This document shows positions 48,404-56,971 of a stretch of DNA of 64,000 nt, in pieces; the stretch's first letter is position 1; every line of letters begins with the position of its first letter. Location of the stretch: positions 16,211-80,210 of the forward strand of contig MHHQ01000009.1 of the NCBI GenBank assembly GCA_001817065.1, read 5' to 3'. The DNA is from Candidatus Andersenbacteria bacterium RIFCSPHIGHO2_02_FULL_46_16 (GTDB taxonomy: Bacteria > Patescibacteriota > Andersenbacteria > UBA10190). The notes beneath the pieces are model-generated. The model searched no databases, was not told the origin of the DNA, and saw only the letters and a program-made list of their open reading frames with translations. Made by a program: the position numbers and the translations under genes.

Positions 48404-49621
48404 ATGCCAATATATTCTTTCGAAGGACGGCGAGAAAAAACCGGTGAGGTAATAAGGGGCTTACGTGAAGCGCAGTCTCATGCATTACTGGGTCAAGATC
48501 TTCTAACGGAAGGCGTATTGTTGACGCGCTACACACAAAAAGTCCAACGCTTGCCTGGTGCAACGTTGTATTCAATGATTTTTAATCGTGTGCCGGTAAT
48601 CGAGCGAGTGCTTTTTTCGCGCTATTTTTCTCTGATGTTGCGGGCTGGTATGGATGTTAAGCGGTCACTGCAAGCCCTGCAGCAACAGACGCGCAGTAAA
48701 CCCCTGAAAATGGCTTTAGAGAGTGTTTATCATGATATTGAACGAGGTAGAACGTTAGCGGAAAGTATGCAGGTATTTCCGGCGGCATTTCCTCCGATGT
48801 TTATAAGTTTTATTGAGGTAGGTGAAACAACGGGGCGATTACAAGAGTCTTTAGAAGTATTGGCGAGTCAATTGCAGAAGGAATATGAGCTGCGAAGAGC
48901 GGTTAAGGGAGGGTTGATGTACCCGGCAGTGATTATTTTAGCTTTAATCGCAGTGGCCATTGCCATGATGTTTTTCGTTGTGCCAAAACTAGTGGAAGTG
49001 TTTGAAGGTTTTAATGTGCAGTTACCAATAGCAACGCGGATATTGATATTTGCCAGCGATATTTTTCAAAACTATTGGATGTGGATATTTATAGGTGTTT
49101 TTGTGTTGTTGGTAGGTGCTTGGGGTTTGATGCAGGTAAAATCGGTTTATGCAGTGGTAAATGAAGGACTATTACATTTGCCTATCTTTGGTGGAATTAT
49201 TCAAAAAGTTAACTTGGGCAGGTTCGCGCGAAATTTAAGTTCCCTCTTACAGAGTGGAGTGTCCTTTATTAGGGCGCTGGAGATATTAGGTCAAAATACG
49301 CCACATCCCAGTTATGCTCGCGTCTTCTCTGCAGCGCGAGAGCATGTCAGGCAGGGTAAAGAATTGAGCAGCTTTTTGGCTGATTTTCAACGACTGTTTC
49401 CACCGATTGTAATTAACGTGATTAAAGTGGGAGAGGAAACAGGAGCGCTAGACCAGGTGTTGGCTGAGACTGCTTTGTTTTATGAGAGTGAAGTTGACCA
49501 AACTATGAAGAATCTGACGTCTATCATGGAGCCAATATTAATGGTGGCTGTCGGATTGGCGGTTGGTGCATTAGCGGTGTCGGTAATCTCGCCAATCTAT
49601 GACTTGGTTAATGTTGTTTGA
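48404..49621 (+). CDS. pilC: Type IV pilus platform protein (GspF/PilC)
   Basis: GETTGRL, LMYP, GEETGALD, MEP. Confidence 0.92.
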   Translation: MPIYSFEGRREKTGEVIRGLREAQSHALLGQDLLTEGVLLTRYTQKVQRLPGATLYSMIFNRVPVIERVLFSRYFSLMLRAGMDVKRSLQALQQQTRSKPLKMALESVYHDIERGRTLAESMQVFPAAFPPMFISFIEVGETTGRLQESLEVLASQLQKEYELRRAVKGGLMYPAVIILALIAVAIAMMFFVVPKLVEVFEGFNVQLPIATRILIFASDIFQNYWMWIFIGVFVLLVGAWGLMQVKSVYAVVNEGLLHLPIFGGIIQKVNLGRFARNLSSLLQSGVSFIRALEILGQNTPHPSYARVFSAAREHVRQGKELSSFLADFQRLFPPIVINVIKVGEETGALDQVLAETALFYESEVDQTMKNLTSIMEPILMVAVGLAVGALAVSVISPIYDLVNVV

Positions 49622-51206
49622 TAAGAGGCAAAGCGAGCGTATTAATCCAGTTTGGCGACAATTCTTGTTTAGTGACGCAAGGGATAATGGTGTAGTTAGC
49701 AAAAGACCGAAGAGGAAAGTGGCTTCGTCCGGCTTTACGATTATTGAGGTGCTGGTGGCAACTTTTGTGATAGGGACTGCAATTGTAGGATTGTTTGGAT
49801 TGTTTGCGTTGGGACTGCGATTAGCTGGAGAAAGCGAGAATAGACTAATAGCTATTGCCTTGGCTAATGAAAAGATGGAGTTAATCAGAAATCTGCCCTA
49901 CGTGGATGTCGGAACGGCTGGTGGAATTCCAGCCGGAACTATAGTGCAGGAGGAGTCGATGGTGCGAAATAACGTTAATTATCTGGTTAAAACAGATATT
50001 CGATATGTGGATGATCCTTATGATGGGGTAGCTAGTGGTGGAGGAACAGGCGGATGTGTTGCTGTAGCGCATACACCGCCAGGGCAATCGACAAATTGCA
50101 ATGACTTGTGTGTTAACAGCTCAGCGGTGAATGCGCATTTAATGCATGGTGATGTGATGGGTAATTGTGATGGTACATACAGCGGACCGGATGTACTAAA
50201 TACCGATTATAAACAGGTAAGAGTAGAGGTCTCTTGGCCTAGTCCGAATGAACCACGGCCGATTTTACTCATCACGAAAGTGGCGCCGAATGGCGTGGAG
50301 GGCGGCGAATTGTTTGGGACATTAGATTTTCTGGTCATTAATAGCCAAGGCTTGGGAGTAACAGCGGCGAATGTCAGTTTAATTAATAGTGAAGTGGATC
50401 CGGCGGTAAACTATGCAACGCAGACCAATAGTGAGGGACGGGTAGTAGTACCGGGGCTACCGGAAGGCGCGCAAAATTATAAATTGATGGTCAGTAAATC
50501 AGACCATACCACAGAGCAGACGTTTGATGTCTTGTCCGACTTTATACCTGACCCGGACCATACGCATTTATCCATGCTAATTGGGGAAGTCACACAAAAA
50601 ACTTTCGTGATTGATCTGGCCAGCTCGTTGCAGATCACTTTTGAAGAGGGTGGGGATAGTGTGGAAAATTATTGCGAGGGAGCGCCACCTCAACCGTTAG
50701 CAGCGATTGATTATAGTTTGCGAGGAACTAAAACGATTGGGATGGATGACGTTGGTGATCCAGTATATGTGTACGATTATGCCGGTGCGTCGGACGCAAA
50801 CGGGCAAAGTAATCATGAAAATTTGGTATGGGATACTTATGAATTAGATCTAGTAGATGGAGTTGTGTGCGATATTAAGGAAACAAGTTTGATCAGGCCA
50901 GTAACTATTAATCCTGGGGAAGATTTAGCCATGACGGTTAAATTAGTGAAGCATACGGAGGTTTCTTTGCACGTAACGGTGGTTGATACGGCGGGTTTGG
51001 CAGTGGACAACGCCACGGTACGCTTGATAGGAGATGGTGCGGATGAAACACTCGGAACCGGACCGTGGGGTCAAATATTATTTGCTGATTTGCCGGCTAA
51101 TGACCAGTTCGTTTTAATAGTGCAAGCGCCTGGTTATGCGGAATGGCAGGATAATGTTGATGTGGAAGGTACTTCATTGGTACAAGTGGTCATGAGCAGT
51201 CTTTAA
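49599..51206 (+). CDS. PilV-like minor pilin with carboxypeptidase-regulatory-like beta domains (start uncertain)
   Basis: G|FTIIEVL prepilin site; DYKQVRVEVSW; V.NATVRL...APGY. Confidence 0.8.
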   Translation: MTWLMLFDKRQSERINPVWRQFLFSDARDNGVVSKRPKRKVASSGFTIIEVLVATFVIGTAIVGLFGLFALGLRLAGESENRLIAIALANEKMELIRNLPYVDVGTAGGIPAGTIVQEESMVRNNVNYLVKTDIRYVDDPYDGVASGGGTGGCVAVAHTPPGQSTNCNDLCVNSSAVNAHLMHGDVMGNCDGTYSGPDVLNTDYKQVRVEVSWPSPNEPRPILLITKVAPNGVEGGELFGTLDFLVINSQGLGVTAANVSLINSEVDPAVNYATQTNSEGRVVVPGLPEGAQNYKLMVSKSDHTTEQTFDVLSDFIPDPDHTHLSMLIGEVTQKTFVIDLASSLQITFEEGGDSVENYCEGAPPQPLAAIDYSLRGTKTIGMDDVGDPVYVYDYAGASDANGQSNHENLVWDTYELDLVDGVVCDIKETSLIRPVTINPGEDLAMTVKLVKHTEVSLHVTVVDTAGLAVDNATVRLIGDGADETLGTGPWGQILFADLPANDQFVLIVQAPGYAEWQDNVDVEGTSLVQVVMSSL

Positions 51207-51228
51207 CTGTTGAGAAATATTTATTGCT

Positions 51229-51876
51229 ATGGAGCGTGGCATAGGGCAACAGGGGCAAAGTAGGCAAAGGGGTCTGACAATAATGGAAATATTAGTGGTG
51301 GTATCTATCAGCTCGATAGTACTAATGGCACTACTACGTTTTTTAGTGGCCGGTTATCCTTTGTCAAAGACAATGGTGTTGCAGCAGCGCTCAACAGAAA
51401 CGGCCAGGGTTAATTTGAAACGGATAGTGAAAAGTTTACGCGAGGCTCGCCATTCTGATACTGGGGCGTATCCGTTGGTAGCAACCGAGCCGCAAAGGAT
51501 TGTTTATTATGCTAATGTGGATAGCGATCCGGCGACAGAAAAAGTTCGCTTGGAATTGTCGGGTAGCGACTTGGTCCGGGGCGTAACTAAGCCGACTGGA
51601 GACCCATTAATATATGACCAAAACAATGAGGTGACAGCGGTGATTATCGCTACGGTCAGGAATGGGACAGAGAAAGTATTTAGTTATTACACTGGAGAGT
51701 TCCCGGTGGATACAGGCGAGTTAACGCCAACGGATTTAACTGAGGTTAAATATATTGCATTCAGTTTACTTATTGATGCCGATCCGGCGGTTGAGCCACC
51801 CGCAATTCAGGTAAAGTCACAAGTACAACTGCGTAATTTGAAGACAAATTTAGGTCAAGTGGTGGAGGCGCCGTAA
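51229..51876 (+). CDS. PilW-like minor pilin
   Basis: G|LTIMEIL prepilin site; SQVQLRNLK C-terminus. Confidence 0.8.
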   Translation: MERGIGQQGQSRQRGLTIMEILVVVSISSIVLMALLRFLVAGYPLSKTMVLQQRSTETARVNLKRIVKSLREARHSDTGAYPLVATEPQRIVYYANVDSDPATEKVRLELSGSDLVRGVTKPTGDPLIYDQNNEVTAVIIATVRNGTEKVFSYYTGEFPVDTGELTPTDLTEVKYIAFSLLIDADPAVEPPAIQVKSQVQLRNLKTNLGQVVEAP

Positions 51877-51988
51877 AAGTTACCGACGGGGACTATGATG
51901 TCTGACAGAGGCGGAGGACGAAGGGTAGGCAGAGGTGAAGGAGGGTCAGATGTTTTTTATTGTGACGCAATAACTTATAATAACTGCT

Positions 51989-54343
51989 ATGGGGATGATT
52001 AAAAGACAAGCCGGTCAATCGTTAGTGGAAGTATTAGTGGCGGCATTTATTTTGGGCATATTGGCTGTAGCGCTGGCGGGCGTCTCAACTCTGGGAACGA
52101 AAACGGCGGGGGTCAGCGAGCAAAGAACGGTGTCGCAAGCAATAGCTAACAAAAAAGAGGAGATCCTCAAGTTAACACCTTATTTAGATGTTGGTTATGT
52201 AGGGGGGGGAATACCGGACGGTATTTTTGCTGCCAGTGAAATGGTGAGCATGAATAACCAATCCTATGAAGTAAAAATGGAAATTACGATGATTGATGAT
52301 CCGGCGAATGGCTGCCTGGATGCTGGTGGTACTTGCGATGGCAGCACATTAGATGAAGATACGGCGGATTATAAAAGGGTAGTGATTAGTATTAAATATC
52401 CCTCATCTAATAATGCGACAGATGAGGTTAAAGTCACCGTTCTGAGTATGCCTGGCCAAGCGGAAGATTTATTGAATATGGTGGCGTGTGATTCGACTGA
52501 TACGTCGGGATCTTGCGGAGCCGGGAAGATCTGTTGTGACGAAAGATGTTTGCCCAGGTGCGAGCCTGGCTCTTGTCCGTCGGGCTACACGTGCGCAGCA
52601 GATGGATGTGGATGTGAAGTGGAAAGCTGTCCGACCTGTGGCATGGCGTCTTGTTTCGATGACTTTGAGTGCGCTGCCACTAACCAGCAATGTAAAAATG
52701 GTAGTTGTGTATATAAATGCGTTGATGATGGTGATTGCGGGGGAGAGACTTGCGTTTATGGCATCTGTCAATCTTTTTGTATCAACAATGGCGAATGCAA
52801 TGATGACCAGTTTTGCCAAGACGGAGTATGTCATATGAGCACTTGCCTTGATAATTTCGATTGCCGAGTAGGTTATAGTTGTGTTGATTTTCAATGTCAA
52901 CCGACCGACTGCGTCGATGCCGGTTATTGCCAGTCTAATTTCGAGTGCGTCGAGAATACCTGTATGCCGGCCGCATGTTCGACTGGAACTTGTCCGGGCA
53001 GTTGGGAATGTGTGTTTGGCAAATGCCAGCCGCCGCAGTGTACGGCTGCGCAATTGTGTAATGGACGATCTTGCGTGGAAAGCAAATGCCAGCCGCCATC
53101 CTGTGAAAACCATGAACAATGTGGCGGAATAGCTGTTTGTTTAGGCGGGGTCTGTTCAAGCCCACCGGCATGCGGAGCGGGTTGTCCGGTATCACTATCA
53201 TGTGTGTATGGCCAGTGTTATAAACCCAATATGAGCGTGACGCCATTGATTGTTTCCGAAGAGTGTCCGGCACCGCTCGCTTTTCCATGCCTGCCGGCGA
53301 TGGGTGAGATTACGGTGAATTGGCTGCCGGTTGAAGGCCAAAATTATTGTGAGCCAGCGGTAACAATTGGCTCTTGTACGACGGGCGCTGATCCGGCAGC
53401 CCAATGGAGTGATACGGATGGAGATGGAATTACGAATTGCGGAGCGGTTGGGACTACACCAGCGATAAATGCTTGTACACCAATAAATCCCATTGAATGC
53501 GGTGCTAGTTGTCCGGGGTGCCCGAGTTGTCCCGCTAACGAGTCTTGTATAGAAGGCCAGTGTATGCCGGAGCAACCTTGCCCGGTTGGGTATGCTAACC
53601 ACCCGACTATCGATGGAGCATGCGCAGAGGAAGTGCCGGTGGTACCGCCCATTACGTGTCCGCCGGAAATATGTTCTGGCGCAGCTTATTGTTCGGCTGG
53701 CCAGTGTAAGACCGCCGGTTGTTTAACTGACGATCAGTGCGGAGCTCATGGTAAATATTTATGCCGTAATAATATTTGTATACCGTCACTGGCGAGAGAC
53801 TGCGAGTATTGCATTCCAGCAGAACGAATCCAGTATTGTTATCAGGAAGATTGTTCGACTTGCGGCCAGGGGCCTGGTTCGGCATGCACAGATACACTGG
53901 GTAAGCCGAGCGTAGTAGTATGGGCACAGGATAGTGAAATAGGTTGCAACTATTTGAATTGCGAATACGCACCAACTGTCTGCGGTGACGGTATTTTACA
54001 GCCGGGAGAACAATGTGACGCTCCCGATGATAGCAATTGTCCCGGAGAGTGTGGGCCGCAAGGTGGCTCGATTGAACCAGCTTGCCAGTGCCCGGCACCG
54101 GTATGTGGTAACGGAATACTTGAGCTAGATGAGGAGTGTGATGCACCGCAAGATGCCGCTTGTCCAGACCAATGCGGATCTGCTGGAGCGCCGCCATGTA
54201 TCTGTCCGACACAGGCGGCGCCACCTTTATGTGGAAATGGCTTAATAGATACTATGTTTGGGGAAATGTGTGATTGGTCAGTGGGTGATGCTACGTGTCC
54301 AGGAGGTTATTGCCTTGATATATGTGAGTGCGCGTATCCGTAA
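51989..54343 (+). CDS. PilV-like minor pilin with ~620-aa cysteine-rich repeat extension
   Basis: G|QSLVEVL; DYKRVVISI; tandem 4-Cys repeats; three CG(D/N)G...E.CD repeats. Confidence 0.85.
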   Translation: MGMIKRQAGQSLVEVLVAAFILGILAVALAGVSTLGTKTAGVSEQRTVSQAIANKKEEILKLTPYLDVGYVGGGIPDGIFAASEMVSMNNQSYEVKMEITMIDDPANGCLDAGGTCDGSTLDEDTADYKRVVISIKYPSSNNATDEVKVTVLSMPGQAEDLLNMVACDSTDTSGSCGAGKICCDERCLPRCEPGSCPSGYTCAADGCGCEVESCPTCGMASCFDDFECAATNQQCKNGSCVYKCVDDGDCGGETCVYGICQSFCINNGECNDDQFCQDGVCHMSTCLDNFDCRVGYSCVDFQCQPTDCVDAGYCQSNFECVENTCMPAACSTGTCPGSWECVFGKCQPPQCTAAQLCNGRSCVESKCQPPSCENHEQCGGIAVCLGGVCSSPPACGAGCPVSLSCVYGQCYKPNMSVTPLIVSEECPAPLAFPCLPAMGEITVNWLPVEGQNYCEPAVTIGSCTTGADPAAQWSDTDGDGITNCGAVGTTPAINACTPINPIECGASCPGCPSCPANESCIEGQCMPEQPCPVGYANHPTIDGACAEEVPVVPPITCPPEICSGAAYCSAGQCKTAGCLTDDQCGAHGKYLCRNNICIPSLARDCEYCIPAERIQYCYQEDCSTCGQGPGSACTDTLGKPSVVVWAQDSEIGCNYLNCEYAPTVCGDGILQPGEQCDAPDDSNCPGECGPQGGSIEPACQCPAPVCGNGILELDEECDAPQDAACPDQCGSAGAPPCICPTQAAPPLCGNGLIDTMFGEMCDWSVGDATCPGGYCLDICECAYP

Positions 54344-54823
54344 ATGATGTCTGGAGAAGAAGGAATGAACAACAGCAAAAACAATCAGGCGGGCGGGGTG
54401 ATGTTGTTGGTTTTAATAATAATGATAATTTTTATTGTTATTGCGAGCGCTACCTTGCGCTATGTTATTAGACAATCACATGAGACGATTGACCAGGAAC
54501 AAGAGGAGCAAGCGTTTAACGCGGCAGACAGCGGCGTATCGTATGTGTATTGGTTGTTGGATCCGGCAGGGGGACAGAAAGTCGTGACAGATATTCAGGC
54601 GGTAACCAAGACGGTATATGACGACTTGGATGCAGCAATTGGTACGTTTACGATCGATGACATTGTTACAGATACTAACGAAATTGAATTCACATCAACC
54701 GGGAGAGATATTGCACTGCCTGATCGCTGCCAAGTGATACAAGTTCGTTTGCGACAAGTAGAAGCGAATGAAAGGCATGTCTTAACGGACTGGGATAATT
54801 TGGTGGGGTATCCTTGTTCGTAA
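54344..54823 (+). CDS. Short PilX-like minor pilin
   Basis: G|GVMLLVL without E5; QAFNAADSG; FTSTG. Confidence 0.78.
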   Translation: MMSGEEGMNNSKNNQAGGVMLLVLIIMIIFIVIASATLRYVIRQSHETIDQEQEEQAFNAADSGVSYVYWLLDPAGGQKVVTDIQAVTKTVYDDLDAAIGTFTIDDIVTDTNEIEFTSTGRDIALPDRCQVIQVRLRQVEANERHVLTDWDNLVGYPCS

Positions 54824-54848
54824 TTTAGCAGATAGATCGACAGATATT

Positions 54849-56486
54849 ATGGGAAATCGCCAGCGAGGGAAATTCTGGAAGCTGATCAAGCAGATAGTCA
54901 AAGGGGCTGAGGATGGGGTAACCGTTGTGGAGTTATTGGTATTTATTGGCATCGGATCGGTTCTGATTGCGACGCTAGCGGTGATCGTATCTGGAACGTC
55001 TCGCGTCTCGCGGCAGCAGATGGAGCAAGGAGTAATCACAGAAAAGGCGCGGGTACAATTAGAAAGAATAAGTGATGAAATCCGGAATGCCCAGTATGTG
55101 GACTGTAACTTGGATAGCGATACGGCTGATGTCAATGAATACTGGTTGTACGGCGCGAGTGATTGGGAAATAATTGTTTTAAGCAATGTGGATGATGATG
55201 TGGAAGCAGAACGGGTGAGATATTTTGTGCAGGCTAGTACTACCGGTGAAACAAAGAAGTTAAAGAGGGCGGTGACGCAGCCAGGTGCATCATTGTGCGA
55301 TTTTTCACCTAATTCTGAAAATATCACAACAGTCCTAGATGGTTTAGTAAATGTGACACTCGACCCTGACAGGCCGCTTTTTCAGTATTTCATGAGTGGC
55401 CAGGATGCAGCCCGTTTAACCACGCCGGTGATACGATTATCGAGCGTGCTTAGGGTGAGGTTGCATTTAGTAATTGACGAGGATATAAACACCGATCCGG
55501 CGCTGGTGGAGGTGGTGACTGATGTGGTACCGCGCGGCGTGGAGGATCCGGGAGCATGTGTGATCAATAGGGTTGATTTTTATCGATACCATATGACCGA
55601 ATCGTTTGCCGATGCCGCTTTTATTTCATGTCAGTCTCATTGCCTAGGGATAGCAGTGCTACCGCCTGGTGAATGTTGTCCCTGGTCAACGGCTTTTTAT
55701 CTGGATTCAGCTACTGGCTGGGTGTGGTCCACGTGCCAGTGCGCTGATACCTATTTGCCGCCGGATATAATTCCAGAAAATGTTAATCTTAACCAATATA
55801 CGTCTTCTGTGAGAGGGTGTTTGGACGGAACCAGATGCGCGGGGCTAAAGGGCGAGGCGGTCTGTGAGGCAGGCTGCCTAGACACACCAGGAGAATGCGT
55901 GTGTGTTTGTCCGGCCGGATTACCGCCGACGACGGCGTGCAATGACGGGGTTGATAATGATGGGGACGGGACGGCAGATTGTTCGGGTTGTGGCGGTGTG
56001 GCGGGTTTATTAGATGATCCAGGATGTTCGGGTTACGGCGATAGCTCAGAGTGGGGCACCACCCAATGTGATGACGGTATCGATAATGACGGTTGTAACG
56101 GAACTGACTTTAAGATTAACGGGACCGGAGATATTGACTGTGTTGATCCGGCGGATGACGACGAAGGCCCTTGTTTGAGTGGTTCTCCGTCAGGTTGCGT
56201 GCCAACACAGATTCCGAGCATACCACAATGCAGTGATGAATTGGATAATGACTGCGCAGGTGATGGGATTGATTATGCCGGTGGGGCGGGGGACTTGCAG
56301 TGCCAAAATATTAACGATAATAATGAATGGTCAATCAACAAGCAGTGCAATGATGGGTTTGATAATGATGCAGACGGGACAGTTGATTGTTGGTGGCTAT
56401 TTTGTGCTAGATTAAGACCTGATGATAAGTCCGCGGACACTGATTGCACCGGTCCAAATGACGACAGTGAGTTTTCGGATGTATAG
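54849..56486 (+). CDS. PilW-like minor pilin with Cys/Asp-rich CxDGxDNDxDG repeats
   Basis: G|VTVVELL; ERISDEIRNA; four CxD(G/E)xDND repeats. Confidence 0.83.
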   Translation: MGNRQRGKFWKLIKQIVKGAEDGVTVVELLVFIGIGSVLIATLAVIVSGTSRVSRQQMEQGVITEKARVQLERISDEIRNAQYVDCNLDSDTADVNEYWLYGASDWEIIVLSNVDDDVEAERVRYFVQASTTGETKKLKRAVTQPGASLCDFSPNSENITTVLDGLVNVTLDPDRPLFQYFMSGQDAARLTTPVIRLSSVLRVRLHLVIDEDINTDPALVEVVTDVVPRGVEDPGACVINRVDFYRYHMTESFADAAFISCQSHCLGIAVLPPGECCPWSTAFYLDSATGWVWSTCQCADTYLPPDIIPENVNLNQYTSSVRGCLDGTRCAGLKGEAVCEAGCLDTPGECVCVCPAGLPPTTACNDGVDNDGDGTADCSGCGGVAGLLDDPGCSGYGDSSEWGTTQCDDGIDNDGCNGTDFKINGTGDIDCVDPADDDEGPCLSGSPSGCVPTQIPSIPQCSDELDNDCAGDGIDYAGGAGDLQCQNINDNNEWSINKQCNDGFDNDADGTVDCWWLFCARLRPDDKSADTDCTGPNDDSEFSDV

Positions 56487-56641
56487 TGGTATCGCCGTCT
56501 CCTACTATTCCGATACCGACTCCCTAGTCTTCGACTACCTTATTTTTTCTCTGTGCTTGACGATGTACGGTTCAATGATTCGATAATATAAGGATGGGAA
56601 AAATAACGGTCCGGCAGAAGAGTGATTGATGATAGCGACTA

Positions 56642-56861
56642 TAGACATCACATCATAAAATGTCACTGCAGAATAAGCGGGTGGCGGCGCGGGGGTCCCC
56701 CACCGAGCGCCAGCAGCCCTGAGCCTGCCTACCGGTAGGCAGGCTTGTCGAAGGGCGATGCCGTCGGGTGGGGGGAGCAGCGCCGACAGGCCTGCGGGCC
56801 GAAGCCATAGCGAAGGCTGGACCCGTTTCTTGTCTGGTGGCTTTTCATGATGTGACACCTA
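56642..56861. mobile_element. 220-bp MITE (family A) with TA duplication and nested palindromes
   Basis: ta|tagacatcacatcataaaatgtcac...gtggcttttcatgatgtgacaccta|ta; core homologous to 23741-23908. Confidence 0.85.
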
Positions 56862-56971
56862 TAGTTAGGTGGTTATATAATTACCAGATCACGCCTTAAC
56901 GATGGTACTAAAGGGATATTATAAAGAAAGACATATTTGCCGAAAGTTAGGAAAAAGGCTAAACAAAATAA

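Noticed and set aside
52469..54224. Long antisense and alternative-frame ORFs over the Cys-rich pilin
   Set aside because: Shadow ORFs from biased codon usage; no recognisable motifs
52477..56486. Possible DGR variable/template repeats or CRISPR-like array in the Cys-rich pilins
   Set aside because: Repeats are protein-level and diverged at all bases; no adenine-specific TR/VR pair, reverse transcriptase or identical spaced repeats seen
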